From Phoronis australis (lineage: Eukaryota > Animalia > Phoronida), in NCBI GenBank assembly GCA_002633005.1, contig NMRA01000084.1, forward strand, positions 172,320 to 236,319: a DNA stretch of 64,000 nucleotides, written 5' to 3'. Of this stretch, positions 37,521-52,371 are shown piece after piece (position 1 is the first letter of the stretch; the number at the start of each line of letters is the position of its first letter). Position numbers and translations under genes: made by a program. The notes beneath the pieces are model-generated. The model made no database searches and was not told the DNA's origin. It was given only the letters and a program-made list of their open reading frames with translations.

Positions 37521-39931
37521 TTGTTGGTACTCTTGTAAGGTCACCAGGGGTCACACCCAGATCGCAGACAACGGTAGACGTCCATATCTGTATGTACTGA
37601 GGCGGACTCTAAGTGCTCCTATGGTCAGATGTTGGTAAATTGCAATGTACCTCGTTCATCTATAGTGAGTGCTCTGTGTTGCCCGTCTATTCGTACAGCA
37701 TACCTTACTCAAATTTATGTATGCGTTTACATACAAGAAACAACCGAGTAGGGCCGTACCTGTGAAGAAACTGTTACACCCCGCAATAATCGTCGATTTA
37801 GTTCGGTAAAGAAACAAAAGTTCACTCGCTTTACTGAAGACGATGGAGAAAAATACGTTTACAACTACCGTCGGAGCGCTGCAGTCCTGGGTCGCAATAA
37901 TCACGACCCTGTCTTGGTTCAAATAACATGCATTAGGGTATAGGCGGCCCTCTCCTGACAAGAATATCAATGCTATAAGACAATGCCATTTTAGAGACTG
38001 AACCGTTATTTTTCTTTACAGAATCTTGGTTGTACCTCCGCCCCCCTTACCATATCCCAAGACTGCCATAGTGTAGCAGTTACGTCAGTATATATATTGA
38101 ATGGTCAGGGTGGTCGGTGAAAAAGGAGATTTCCACGGAGGAGATGCAGTCTTTAAAGTCAAACTAATCTGAAATAAACATCGTTGGTGACAGGTTTACA
38201 GTACTTTGGTTTAGGCAATGTAAATAATCGTGTTACTAATAGATGTTGAGTGAGCCACAGGTACCACGTTTGTACATGGAAAGGAAGTTCTCGTGTAAAT
38301 TTTTGAGTAAACTATTGCGTACGTTTTTGCGTGAGTCGCAAATTTTACTTATGCAGTGCTGCAAAAAAATTAAAATAATTACGCAATCACTTACGAAATC
38401 TTACAGACCTATTGCGCAAGTTAGTGGAAATTTATGGCGCCTAAATAAGTTGATTTTCTTCGTTGTATGATGAAAGGAGATCGATCTTCCTGTCACGACC
38501 GTTCTGGTCTTCGTGTCATCAATCTAATTCCTGTCAGCACCATTTGTAACCCCGGCAGTTACAAAATTTCACGAGGTCCACACTTGTCTGTCCCTTCCCC
38601 AGACACTATACCACACCGTGTTACAATTTCCTGTCCTCTGTGGTCGCCACTTGTGTTGTCGCCGTGTAAAGTAAACCAAGCACAATTCAGTATTTAACTA
38701 CAAACCTAGAGGCACGTGCCTCTGTCCTTTATTCAAAGAGAAATTCCCCTAGAATTATATTGCGAACACGGGCACTTTTGCTCTACAACCCTTCCGCATT
38801 CTAAAAAGCATAATGAATCCGCTGCATAATGGCGATTCCCTAACGATAATAAGAGCGTGGTGTCCTAAATAATGGGTTGTGTTTAGCAAAGGGGCATTAT
38901 CGGCTAGAAAAATGATTTTTTGCAATCATTCAAAGTGCAGAATTTAACCTGCAGCCGTCACTGCAGCAATCTCACGCTCATGATCAGTTAGTGCAATTAA
39001 ACCCATTCGATAAATGACGTAGAATGTTAACTCAGTGGGCACCAAACAGTTATGCTGCGGCCGCGGCCAATTTGCACTCCCAAATATTAAAATTTTGGGG
39101 TAGGCCAAGTTTGGGGCATTTTGTAGGTAGGCTCAGTGAATGTGGTTTGTTTGTATTTGTGAACATGGTGAGAATAAATAGGGCCACTTTCTTGGCTCTA
39201 TTTGCACTCTTCTTCAAGATGGCGGCCCCCTCAACGCCAGAAATATCTGACATAGGCAGTGCGCATGCGCAGCCAGCAGCTAACTATTCCCCCACAGAAA
39301 TACACACAAGAAGGGGTTTTCCGAGGAATTTTGATTTAGGGGAGACAACTCTGCAATTTGCCGATAGCTAGCGAGAAAAACATAGATCTAAGGATTCATT
39401 ATGCTGAATATTGGAAAGATTGATGAAGATTTTTCGGTGTCCATTGAAGTTTGAAGTTTTGGAAGGCAATTTTTGAGCCCAAACCCATTTTCAAATCAAA
39501 TCTGTGGAGAGTATAATTCAGTTCCCTTGTTTGCCGATAGCGGAGGTCACGAACAGTGTGACCTAGATATCACAAATGCTGTTTTCGAACGAATTTTCTG
39601 AAAAAAACCGGTGTCCAACAGGGTGTTGAAAACGGGTTTGCGGCCAGAAATGTAAAAAGCAGTCACTTAAAGTTTCCTGATCTGTGGTACGATTTTCAAG
39701 CCCTAATGAGGAAGATTTAGCCTGGATTGATTATGTTCATTCCCAGTAGTGCAACAAGAAGCACGTCGGTCATGTATTTTGCTAAAAAATGAATTCTGAA
39801 ATTATTGCACATAGAGCACTTCATGAGACGCAGCTAGGTTAAGGTTGTACTAGTCCTTTTTAACATTATATTTCTGTTTTTAATTTATGCTGTGTTGAAG
39901 GTATCACATTTATTAAAAAAGAACTCATACA

Positions 39932-40285
39932 CATAGACGGATCCATGGAAGTGGGGGCCCCGACCTCAATTTCCGAAGGATTAACCTTCCTAATAGCCTT
40001 GCAAGGGGCGTGACGTCAATTTTTGTAGGAAAAGCCCTCGCGAGATCCCTGAAAACGAAAGGTCGGCGCCATTTTTTAACCGTGTGCAGAATGAGGGAGC
40101 CCTGGGCCCCTTCGGACCCCCCTATATCCATCCATGCAGCGTATCGTCACGGTTTGATAGGCGGATCCAGGGGGGGTAAAAGGGTTCCGGATCCCTTTTT
40201 CCCTTGATTTTAGTTATGTAAAATCTAGAATTTTCGAATTGTTGATTTGAACCCATTTTTAAAAAAAAACCTGGATCCGACCCTG
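39932..40285. mobile_element. Two adjacent GC-rich MITEs (CATAGACGGATCCA...ATCCATCCATG and ATAGGCGGATCCAG...CTGGATCCGACCCTG)
   Basis: Imperfect TIR pairs at 39932/40136 and ~40156/40285. Confidence 0.55.
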
Positions 40286-42831
40286 CGTTTGGTTTCAAAA
40301 CAGATTGTGCTGGTGAGTGTACAGATAAATAATATGGATTGACGAAATTTTATCATTCCGGAATCAGTAGTAGGTATCAGAAATGGCTAAGGATTTCAGG
40401 AACTGAAAACGACATGTCAATGCCATTTTTATCATGTGCGAAAGGGAAGCCTAAATCCACTTATGGAGTGTAAAGTTTGGTTTCAAAACAGATAGCACCG
40501 GTAAATGTATAAGTAACTAATATGGAATGGACATTCCAGCAACAGAAACAGGAGTTCATATAGTACCCAGAAAAAAACAAATGAGTAATTTTTGTTCAAA
40601 ACTTTATTTTTTATAACGATAAACATACAAAATGCCACCAATGCTGCTTTATATACCAGTGTTCAGATTTAAATAATAAATGACTAGAATGGAAGATTTA
40701 GCCAGTTCATATGACATGTTTGCATGCAATAAGACATTGCTGCGAAAACAGCAACATCACTTAGCACGAAATGAACATCATCAATGAATACAAAAAATGC
40801 AAATGTTACAAATTTCTACCATGAGGAATAACTGAATTTCAACACATGTGAAAATTGTCATAAGAGATCAAGTAACAAAATAAAATCTAGTGTAAAATAT
40901 ATCAGCACTACTTCCATACAACTCTTACTTTTGCACAGTGTCATAAATGACATCTGATGCACTTCAAAAATAAAAAAAAACAAAACAAATATATTCATGC
41001 CAGCCCTCTACACAGACGAAAATGTCTGCTCGAAAATACGGGTGACCGCATATTCTGCACTTGTATTTCCCGCCGAATTTGGACTCGCAAAAAGTGACGA
41101 TCTAAAAAAATGCTGAACGTTCGCTCCGTGCCTGTTGGATTGTACGGGAGAGGTCAATTTCCCATTCATACTTAACTTTTTCAATCGTATTTTCGAGCAT
41201 GTAAATGCTTAATTATGTCGAACCCTGCATGCAATGAATATAGTTTTGGGATATTCAATAAATACCGACTTGACCCTAACTAAGATTGTAATCATCTACC
41301 AATGGTCACTACAATACTGCGAAAAGTTCTCTTTTTGACCGCCTCTTGATTTTGAGAGGGAGCAATAGCTTGGTGTACAGAGGAGCTAAGTCTGGTGTTA
41401 AAGGCACTCTGGTTCCCTGGCTGCAGTCTCCCTGGCGAATTATGTAAGCAAAAGGTCCAGCCAACCTAAAAATAAAAGCAACGTATAAGCAGCAGAATCT
41501 CCAGCTTTATAGAATAAATCAACCACATTGGCATTTTGTTAGTCTGAATGGAAATTAATTTGTTTTGCAGCATAATGCCATAATGCTGACCTAAAGACAC
41601 TAGTACTATTTTAAGCCTGAAGACTGAGGTCAGACAGCTGTGCTTGTGTTGCAAGTTTAATAGTACATACGTGCAGAAAGTGTAACAGACGTAATAAGGC
41701 TACCGTATATTAAAACACATTTCACAGACCATTGCAACAATAAAATAGTTAATAATAAATCGTCAGTAAAATCATTAAGTAATTGTCTGCAGCAACAACT
41801 CGGTTGGTCAGTCACTGAATCAGCTGAGCTGTGCCGCTACACCAGCTATGCGTGGCATGTTTATACTCACTGTTTTCGATTTTTCTCACGCTATGACACG
41901 TTCAACTTGCCGAAATTCCTCGCCCACAGTTTCGACGTGCTTCGGTAGTTTAGATTCTGTGATATCACTATCAGATTCCACAAAACTTTTAAGTTAATTT
42001 CAATTCTTGTCGATCACCTCCTTCGTGAGAGTAAACGCAAAACAAGGGAACTGACCTCTGACCTAGACTGTGATTGGCAAACACTCACACGACGATCGCC
42101 ACCTCGCGGATGGCCTAGTTCACGAATTTCTGGTGATGTGTTGCAATATGATTGTGCATTGTTGGGTAGCGACTGAGAAATTGGCTGCGATTTCAGGTAA
42201 CCCTCAAACAAGTCAGAATTGACAAAACACTAGTTTGTTGACAGTACTTTTGGACCACATTTTCGGAACTGGTTGGAAATTTGCTTTCAGACTCTAATGT
42301 TGGCTTTAGTCGTGCATCGGCAGGGAAGTGGTGTTTTTTGGGTGAAAAGTGCCGATTTTGCATTTTTGCCCTTATTTTACTTAATCTAGCTTGGTTTTCA
42401 GCTTGATAGATAGGATAAAAAATACACGAGAGAATAAATTTCTGGGCTTTTTATGTGAAATAACTGAAAACATGCCATTCTTTGCATCCTGTTTTCGACA
42501 GAGTGAAGAAAACGTGACAAATCAAGTGATGTGTGTTATGATGGGCCAAACCCAAGTGTGAACTGTTCTGTGCCTCTTCAGGGGTAAAGCAGCCAGCCTC
42601 GATTTCAAAAAGTGTATCATGACAGTCAACGGCGACACTTTGCCATTTGTAACAAAGTCATGAAAAGAACGCAAAGGGTTTGGTTGTTTTATAACTCTGA
42701 TCAAAGATTCTTACTCCAAGAACTCAATCACATCCAAAAGTGACAAGAAGGATGTAGGGCTGGATGGACTAGTTTCGGATTTTGTCTTCGGACACTAACA
42801 GAAGGAACTGTGCTTGTAAGTAGCAGTTCGT

Positions 42832-44325
42832 AATAATACCAATACCAATAACAATAACAATAACAATAACAATAATGATAATAGTGTTTATTGTACATCG
42901 TAGGATTTGCCTACTCATACATAAATACATAAATTCAAACGTATATTCAGAATATTTACACGGAGAGCAGTTTTTCTCTTAAAGCCATAGTCTTCTGAAT
43001 ATACAATGCGAGGCGCTGGAAGCTGTCATCATTTTTCTGTTGGAATAACCTAACAAGAGAATAGTTAACATTGACAAGCTCTGGAAGAAGATTTCTTCTA
43101 AGGTCTCCACGAACAGGGTATCGACACCTGAAATGAGGCTCATCTTCAATTTCACCCAGACAGCATATGCCGCATATTCCCTCACCTATAGGAATACCCA
43201 TATGTCTCCCTTTCTCTATGTTAAGTGAGTGACCTGAACACCGAAATTGCGCAAGTATTTTTCTCGAATAAGCGCTTAAGCAATTCACAAGATCACGTTT
43301 AATAAGACTATAAAATTCATGTTTATTTGAGCTACCTATTTCCAGTTGCCATTCCTGTACGCCACAATCCAGTAATCTCCGAATACCATAATAAGCTCAG
43401 CACTAATGCCTGGGCCAAATAACCACACTTCTCCAAAGCCGTACCTGTACAAAATTTCTTTGACACGGTGGGCCCAGTTACAATTACCATTTTCACTTTG
43501 TTCCCTAAGCATACTATAACACTTCAGTGGGTACCTATGTTCTTCCATATCCAGTAATTTTGTCAAATAGATAATTGGTTTACACATATATTTTGTAATT
43601 AACAATTGTCTCCCACATTCACCACGAGCCATAGCACTTGGCGTTTTAATACTTAATCTGACTCAGAACATATTTACAGAAATCATTGTAAACTTTTTCA
43701 ATAGGTTCACACATTGATGTTGCCCATATTTCTGCACCATATGTTAATATGGGCAATATCATAGAGTCAAAGAGTTTAAAATGCACTCCATGGGAAATAC
43801 CGTAACAGTTAAGTTTGGACGAGCTTACTCTACAACACTCTGTCCATTTAAGTCTGCAGGAGAACGTGACTCCTAGGTACTTGTAGTACGATTTGGTATT
43901 TACTTTCTTATCGCCAAAACCCACCTTTCATTACTTGAAAGTATGCCCCCTCGCTTAAATATCACAACATTCCTTTTCTCCTAATTAACTTGCAAGTTCC
44001 AGTCTCGACAAAACTTTTCGAGGACATTGAGCTTCATCTGTAGCCCAGCAACAGTATTCGACACCAGCACTAGATCATCAGCAAAAAACAGAGAACCTAT
44101 ATCACAACCCGGAGAAACACGTATACCTCTGCCTACATTTTCTCTAATATCAGACACTAGTGTGCTAACAAACACCGAGAACAGCCATGGACTTAAAACA
44201 CATCCTTGCCGGACACCAACTGTACAGTTGAAATAGGGTGTGGTCTGGGACTGTACCATAACGCACGATTGTATAGAGTCGTATATATTGTGGAAAATGT
44301 TAAATATTTTTCCATGCAAACACTC
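42832..44325 (-). mobile_element. 5'-truncated non-LTR retrotransposon (RTEX-like LINE), decayed reverse transcriptase
   Basis: GVRQGCVLSPWLF, LFFADDLVL, YKYLGV, PILTYGAEIW and C-terminal FRCSGHSLNIEKGR..C..C..IEDE.HF. AATAAA is followed by a (TTATTG)n tail at 42832-42882. Confidence 0.9.
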
Positions 44326-47300
44326 GACACTTTTCCTTTCTGGCTTTTTAATTTTTCTAAAAATACACCTGCTTTCTCATTATGCCATCTATATCTTACT
44401 CGTAGTTAGCAGTTAGTAGTAGCATAGATTGTAGTAGTAATATACTTTATATAAGAATCCACAGCAGATGATCCAGGAAGTAGGTAGTTGCATAATTTCG
44501 GTGTTAATAATTTCAAAAGAATGAGAATATAGTGGGGTTTTGTAACATTTTTGATGGCTAACGAGTTTTTCTTTGTCATTTTAAGTCTTCGATCTGTTTT
44601 AGCCTTTGTTCACTTTTTTCAAATGTAAAGCAAATGTTGTTTACGCACATGTTCTTGTGGTACTTTGGTAGTCTTAAAAATATTAATGAGAAATGAACGT
44701 AATTATCACTAATGAAAAATTACCACAGCAGTGGAGTTGAAGTAAATGTCAATTTGAATCCATCTATTTTACAAAATACGTAACCATTAAGTAAATTATA
44801 TTCAGTACATGACAAAAGTATTCTGTTCTAAACTACCGAGGAAAATCGAATCTGCGCGCCCTCGAAACTGCGCCAACTGGCGCACTTTCGAAAACTAACT
44901 GGTAATAGGCACTACTCACTTACATAGATCTCGTAGTTTTGAGAACCAGTTTCATGCTGGTTATTGAGTGGAAAAAATGGTTCTGAAATTCCAGGAGCAC
45001 TGCATGTTTGCCGAACACCCTTGTTCAGTTTCAACCATTGCGTTTATATTGCGGTTACCATTTGGCTTTTCTGTTTAGAAACTTTCAGTTTTCCTTGTGA
45101 TTTTTGTTTTGTATTCGACATCTGGAAAAATGGAATGGCACAAAACACTATAAAGAATTATTTTTACTTCATTTTCACAAACCAAGAGAAAGGCGTATGG
45201 TTTTAACCCTACAAACCAGTGCCAGACTATACATTATGCAAATTCAGCTGGAACATAAGGCCCCGCACATGTACCGCGTCGTAACCCCTGATATCATTTT
45301 GGATGAAAATCATGGCAAGCGAAGAGAAGAATGTGGTGTGTGGTGGTTGAAAATAGCAGGGGGTTGAAAGAGAGTGAGGGTCGAACATTGTGCTGACAGG
45401 AGGGGTACCTTGAAAATTTTAACAAATGGGGCAAAACGTGTGAGTACCCAGGGATAGCTCGAAAGTTTTGGCGACCGAGAGGGGATTTGCAAATACCGGA
45501 AGCAGCTTAATTCACCAGGAAGCTCATTCCTCTTGTATCTTAGTGCCCCAAGAAACCTTTGTCTGCCACTGCTACACACTCAAGGTAATGTCAAAAGCTG
45601 GTGATGAATCACTTTTACGTGATACATTTCGATGGCTTCTAAATTTCTGTCCTTGAAACTATTCGCGTTTGAAAGCTGCTCCAAAATTTGTTCTCCGAAA
45701 CTTAGTTTTCTTGCTTGCCATTTTAACCAGAAGTGGTCATTTTAATAAACTTTTCAGTCTCGTTAAAATGGCAACCATTAAAATGACTTTTATCTCATTG
45801 AAATAACATTAGCGAAAATTTATTGTCGACACTAGGATTGACGCTTTCAATACTAATATAGGTGGCCCCACCTGAAAGGGGCCGAAAAGTGGGGCCCCAC
45901 TTTTTAGTCGCCTTCAGGAGGGGCCGTCTTTCTTAATATATGCGGCCCGCATTTTAGCGCCCTCAGGCGGTGACATCTATATTTTATAGTGTATAGGGGC
46001 CCCAATTCTGAAGCTCCAATATGGATCTTTGCCTATATTGTTTTAATAAAATTAAGCCATTTAAAATGCTACGCTAATTCAATGAATTATAACAGAGTAG
46101 AAAATTACGGTCACCTCAAAATTTTAGTAAATATGAGCCATGTTCTCTGTCTTTTTTATAAAAAGAGCAAATATCTAATTTTTGGGCACCAATTTTGACC
46201 AAGAAGACACCTGTGGTGACAATTGGATGAAGAATATTTGTTGGAAACCACTATAATCTCAATTCATCAGTAAAATTAAGGGAGCAAGCATGAACGTCCC
46301 AGAACCATTCCGGTTGAATCCCGAGCGTTAATTTGCGATTCCCATTTAGTTGATTTGTAGTACTATATCCGAAGCAGCAGACGAAGCAGAAAACTTCATA
46401 TTTTTGGAATCATTATTAAAACGAAAACTCAGGCGCCCGAGTCCATAAAAATCGTATATTGTGAACAGAAAACATGCACTTGCACAATAAGAATTTGTAA
46501 CGTGAACGTTAAAAATGATGACGGCGGTAGTCTCCCGCGACTTCCGTTACGGGCGGGCGGCTGACTGCCATCAAATAACCATGAACGACAGAGTACCATT
46601 TGGTGGCGAAATAACTTCAGGAAGAAAACTTGCCATGGTAAGTATCATAAGTATCAATGAATTTAAGGCAAAAGGAATACATGTAATTTCCACTTAGCCA
46701 GAAACATTCGTCTAAGCTGCTGCGCAGCGGGGCCGGACCGCCTGTCCGGCCGTGCTCGGATATCTGTGCTCCGCGGGGCAAGATGAACACAATTATTTGC
46801 TACCCAGGCCTTGCATGCGTGAAATTCCTGTGACAAAGGTATTAAAAAATACTGCGTCATACTCCTAACACTGCAATATTTTACCATCGCTGATAGTCAG
46901 CTCAGTGACTAAAAATCACTACACAACAGAATTTTTATATTTAGGCAACAGAGGTATATGCTGGAAGTTTTTGTCACCTATATATATGTGTGTGTTTTCC
47001 CTAATAATTGAAAATAAAAGCCAATTTAGCAAGTATTATTTTCCAGGTGAGGAGTCACGGCAACTGCAGGGGAATTACTTCCCCGGCCTGTTTCCAGGCA
47101 GCAAAATCAAGGACAGGTGCGCGTTATTGCAATTGAGCTCATTGTTTTGAGATAAAAATTGTTTTTGTTTGTTGAAACATCGCCGTGTGTGGATGCTTTT
47201 TATTTTACAATTTTAACTGCCAGTAAAGACGGTGCTGATTTGCTGGAAAGTAAGCACTGCGCTCACACGTCCTGTAGTCACATACGGCAATTGCTTCGTT

Positions 47301-47696
47301 CAGGTTGGTATTTTGCATCAGTTTCACGATGTGGCGATAAAGATAAGACATTTGCTGGTCACTAAAGTTTTTTCCTCTAATTTATTATCTAAACGGGTAC
47401 TGTTTCTGAAATTTGACGTATTTGAAATCTATAATCAAGTTTGTATAAAAAGAACCAAAATGAGAATCAAAAACAAGCAATCAAAGTAACAACGTATTTA
47501 CGCTCACGGTGATGTTAATACGTTTTCAAGGACAACATGATCGTCATTCAGGAATTGTTTCTGAACTGATGCACATGAACTCAGGTCACGGAAATAGACG
47601 GGAATGGTTAATGATTTTCCGATCTCGTCCGAAGTACAAAGTTGTGCTCAAAAAGGCTCTTAGTTTGATAACAGAAAGGATGCGAACATTATGCTA

Positions 47697-48322
47697 TGTA
47701 ACAAATTATTTAGGTTTTTGAACTAGACTGGGCTTTGAGATAAGGACTTTATTCTATACAGTACGTTCACAAGCCCACTCGAACAAAACGTCCAACGTAG
47801 TCTGTTTTGTGCTCCAGCCAGTGCTACGAAGACGTGACTTGTAGTGAACTTTTGAGACACTTTCAGCAACTATTACACTCGTTGATTCAATAACCTGCTG
47901 TATCTATAGCTGGCTCTCTATTGACTATCACTGTAACTGCTGATTCTCTTCAGTGCAACTCAGCTCAAGGTAATTCTCTTGTAACCACCTTTAACTGACT
48001 TTCAACTGCCTGTCACACACCCGTGCTTGGATAGATTCATGCAATTTTCCAGAACTTTTCACTAATTTAAACACATTTTAGAATTTTTCAGAATCTACCC
48101 AATCACTCTACAAATATATACTACGCTCTAGAATGTTCCAGATTACATGTACATTAATCACTTACATGCTAGAATCTCCTCATATGTTCCACACTATTCT
48201 TTGGTAAACAAATTAGGTCATCACTGTTCTGACTTCAGGGGTCATGCCGATTAATAACTAACTGCTGTAGAACAACAGAATAAAATAATAAATCTAAGAA
48301 CTATAACAGTCGGCTCCTGACA
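47697..48322 (-). mobile_element. Possible solo LTR
   Basis: TGTAACA...CCTGACA termini, minus-strand AATAAA near 47750 and repeated TAGAA/TTCCAGA motifs. No TSD found. Confidence 0.3.
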
Positions 48323-48899
48323 GTCTCAGCGGGAATATTTACCATCTGTTGTTACTTGACCCCACAGTTTACACAACATCTAATGAGACTGACTGGATTG
48401 ATGGAACGATGTTGTAATGAAAAACACTATTCTATCTACAAAGGTCTGCCTGGCAACCAAATTCAAATAATTAAAATCATCTCTTAGCTATTACACTAAT
48501 GTGTTCAAAGATGCTCCTAATGCAAGACCTAGTATTATTTACGACGTGGTTTAAAAGTCTTCAGTTGGTTTTGACAACTTAAGTTAGCACAGACGCTCTG
48601 CTGATGAGTTCTATTTGTGTCTATTATTAAGACTTAGCTAATTAGACCGGGTCTACCGACTACAAATTAGGGATAACTTATATAACATTAGCCTATCGGT
48701 GGTAGATCGACACTTAATTTTTGACGCAAAAACGCATGTCAAATCTGTGACGGATCTAATGACTTATTCATACATGTATATGATAACACTGTGTGTTTTA
48801 AGCTTTTTAAATAAACAAATTAACTGTTCTTGTTTTAATACATTAGTTAACTGTGGTAGTGCCGATTGTGACTTTAAAAACGGAAAATTTGTAAAACCG

Positions 48900-49643
48900 C
48901 AAAAACTCCTACTCACCACCTGTTGGTCAGAGAGCGCGTGCTCTTCCATTGCGCCACCACTCTCCCAAATACAACTGCCATGCTAAGAGACATACATGTA
49001 CATGTACAGTACTTGTTTATGGTCCACACTGTTTACGAGAGAACGTTCTTCTTCGCGTAATGTTTATTACACGCTTTATATTTTATGCAACCAGTTCGTA
49101 GCAAAAGTTTTGTTTAAAACAGTCTTAAGTTGCTCAAAAGATCATGTAAATTTTTCGTATTTACTTAAGTCACGCGCGCGCTTTGCGAATCGTCTTAACT
49201 TTAATGATAGAATCATGTGTTTCTGTGTGTTTCACTAAGGCTTCGATTTAAGAGTTCATCTTACCAGCAGCTTCTGTTTCTTCACTGTTACTCAGCTTCC
49301 GTTTTCCCTTAAAAAAATGATTTAATTTTGTTCATTGTACAGTGGAGCAGACGACGGAAACGGAGTGTTAGTGCGCAGCGCCACAACCGATAGCCTTGGA
49401 TATCACGCGCATATCCACCCGGAGTGGAGTTATACTTAGCCATAGTTACCGTTACGATTGCGCCGGTTGTCTGAATCGGACATTGAACACCCCCTCAACC
49501 ACACACAAAATAAAATTCCACACACTGTCAACTCTTGTTTCGGCTGCATAATGTTACTTACCGGGATTAATTGATAAACTCATTATTTCTTCACGATTTT
49601 GCGGCTCCCAAGGGAGGGGGGAACCCCCCTTAGTCCGCCTATG
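48900..49643 (+). repeat. Diverged copy of the 61748-62725 element (right part)
   Basis: TACTTGTTTATGGTCCACA...TTCACTAAGGCTTCGATT...GGAGCAGACGACGGAAACGGAGT...TCCGCCTATG are shared with 62098-62725. Confidence 0.8.
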
Positions 49644-50196
49644 CAACTATTACGAACGGGGCTCTTACAGATTTCTCGTAAACATCTGTGATGCTTAGTT
49701 GGCATTTTACCGCCTGTGTGGCGTTGTTAGCCGTGATATTGGGAACCTCATTGATTTGAATTTTAGAACTTTGACCTACAACTAAGNGCGCCACAACCGA
49801 TAGCCTTGGATATCACGCGCATATCCACCCGGAGTGGAGTTATACTTAGCCATAGTTACCGTTACGATTGCGCCGGTTGTCTGAATCGGACATTGAACAC
49901 CCCCTCAACCACACACAAAATAAAATTCCACACACTGTCAACTCTTGTTTCGGCCGCATAATGTTACTTACCGGGATTAATTGATAAACTCATTATTTCT
50001 TCACGATTTTGCGGCTCCCAAGGGAGGGGGGAACACCCCTAAATCCGCCTATGCAACTATTACGAACGGGGCTCTTACAGATTTCTCGTAAACTTCTGTG
50101 ATGCTTAGTTGGCATTTTACCGCCTGTGTGGCGTTGTTAGCCGTGATATTGGGAACCTCATTGATTTGAATTTTAGAAATGTGACCTACAACTAAG
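49378..50196 (+). repeat. ~409-bp near-identical tandem duplication across N at 49787 (likely an assembly or haplotype overlap)
   Basis: 49378-49786 is repeated at 49788-50196 with only a few substitutions. Confidence 0.85.
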
Positions 50197-50387
50197 TCCT
50201 AGTAATTGACATTCATGACGCTGTCATGTTAGAAAAAATTTAAGTGTACCATTAGTTGTGCGAGATTACAGAAGAAGGCAAAATTTTTCACGTCAATTTT
50301 AGTGTCTGAGATAATCGTTAATTGCCCCAGGCATATTTTTATTTTTCAGCTTTTTACGCCTTTCTGTAATTTTATTAATTGGTTGTG

Positions 50388-51018
50388 CCTTGTACGGGAA
50401 GTGACGTTGAGGGGATAAGAATTTCCCGCCATTTTGTTATATAATCTGACTGTGTGAGCTGTTGAGTCCATCATCGTTTTCTACCTCGGTTGTGATCTGT
50501 TCCTGGGTCGCTTGCAATTGTTTACGAATCAGTCAAAACGCCTGGGTGTACTAACTGCCGTCTCGTGAACTTTGGGTATGCCATTACATCGCTTTCCGAA
50601 AGATGACACATTCCGCGGTACTTGGCTCGTTTGTGTGAAGAAGGCAGCGTTACCCGTCCACACAACGTACAAAGCAGAAGAGAATTACCGAGTGCTTGGC
50701 AAGCATTTTCTGCCGTCGGATAAAGAAACGATAGGTACGTGGAATTAATGAAGATTCCTGAAAAACAACGCCTGAAGAAAGGGTGCCGCACAGTTTCTGT
50801 TGATTCCCGGCAGTGCCCCGTCGCCACAACAGAGAAGTGCATTTTTGAAGCGAGAAGTCTCTCTGACATGATGAGCACGCTTGTCGGTGGGAAGTGGTGG
50901 CGACAATTTTAGGAAACCAGCACGAAAACAACAGTAGAACAGATCCTCACAGTAAATTCGAACGCAGAAGCAAAATGGCGGGAAATTCTAAACCCCTAAA
51001 CGTCACTTCCGAAGTAGG
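50388..51018 (+). mobile_element. Non-autonomous TIR element carrying a decayed THAP domain
   Basis: ~45-bp TIRs (GGAAGTGACGTTGAGGGGATAAGAATTTCCCGCCATTTTG / CAAAATGGCGGGAAATTCTAAACCCCTAAACGTCACTTCC). Internal PGCTN..LHRFPKD....W...V....RV.GKHF...RLKKG. Confidence 0.7.
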
Positions 51019-51449
51019 TTATGTACATGTACTCGCTGGTTCCCTGGGTGCCGGCCGCTAGGTGGTAGCCAGCACGCAGGTATCACTTAATTTTTTTACA
51101 CCAGTATTTCGGATTGGCTGGTCGAATTCTTAACAGGCAGCACTTTACGCAAACAAACTGACATGACTGATGGAGGAAGTGTAAATGTGGTCTGTTGCAC
51201 AGACAAATCGGTGCTTATCCCAGAAAATTGTGGTTGCGCTTTTTCGGAGTGCATCCTTCACCTGTCGATGACTTTTGTTTACATTGTTGTCCTGTATTCA
51301 TACAGTATGAACAACAAACTAGTTAAATCGGCCAGATGACGGTGTGTTTACTGTACATGTACGAGTGTGCTTAAAGCACGCGGCTATTAGACATTAGGCC
51401 TACTGGAGAAACGAAATAGTTGCTGCTACGCCACTTGCATGCCAAGGCT

Positions 51450-52371
51450 AACAAGAGCAACGCGGAGCGTTGAAATGCGCCCACAAATGCATTGCAAATG
51501 GTGTGCTATTACGGTTATTTATTTGTATCATAAAAATGGCCACTAGATGGCGCAAAAACATACAATCCATTCAAAAACAGGAACATGCCATATTTCATAA
51601 AAATCTGTCAAGGAACTTCAGAGAAACAAAGGAAAACGGAATAAAAGGAAATTGCCACTAGTGGACACAGTGTCCGTTGGATCCGCCTGAAAGTCGTCGT
51701 CGTCTGTTGTTATCTTCATATAAACACACTTACTAAATTTAGTAGAGATTCTGCAGTGGGTTTAGGAAAGTCGTCCTCATCCGTATTCAACATCATATAC
51801 ATACACTTGCTAAATTAAGTAAAGATCCTGCGAACAGTTTAAGAGATTCAGCCATAGGCGCAACAAAAACAAAACTGCCACTAGGAGGCGCCACAGTAGT
51901 CGAAATCGTCAACCGTCCTCTTTATAGTAAGCACATACATGCAAATTTTCACAATCATCCTTTGGTTGATAGAGGGGTGGACGCAAAAATCAGACTCCAA
52001 AACAGTAAAAATGGCCACTAGGTGGCGCAAACTACGCCGAATCCATTTGAAAACGGAAGGATAGCGTCATCTCACTAATAGGTGCCTACATAACGAATTT
52101 CACGAAAATCCGTTCAAGACTTTTGAAGATACAAAGGTAAGCGTAAAAAAATAAAACTGCCACTAGGGGGCACACCGGTAGTCGGATCTGTCCGAAAGTT
52201 CGCTCATGCCGTCCCATTCATAGGTGGAACATATGTGCCAAATTTCATGAACGAAAGTCAAAGGGTTTTGGAGATAGAGCAGCGGACGCCGGGTGCCGGA
52301 CGGACAGACGGACGGACGGAGATGATGGCATAATGCGTCCACATATAAATACGTGTATGGGCGCATAAAAA
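51450..52371 (+). mobile_element. Non-autonomous Helentron-like (HINE/DINE-1/pearl-type) element with internal tandem repeats
   Basis: AACAAGAG start, hairpin CAACGC-GGA-GCGTTG, subterminal inverted repeat ATGCGCCCA/TGGGCGCAT, repeated GCCACTAG(G/A)NGGCGC units, (GGAC)n microsatellite and ATAAAAA end. Confidence 0.7.

Noticed and set aside
48595-48660. Hammerhead ribozyme core at CTGATGAG
   Set aside because: No stem II followed by GAAA and no compatible stems I/III were found.
49378-50196. Biological tandem duplication
   Set aside because: The copies meet exactly at an N and are nearly identical, which is typical of an unmerged contig or haplotype overlap.
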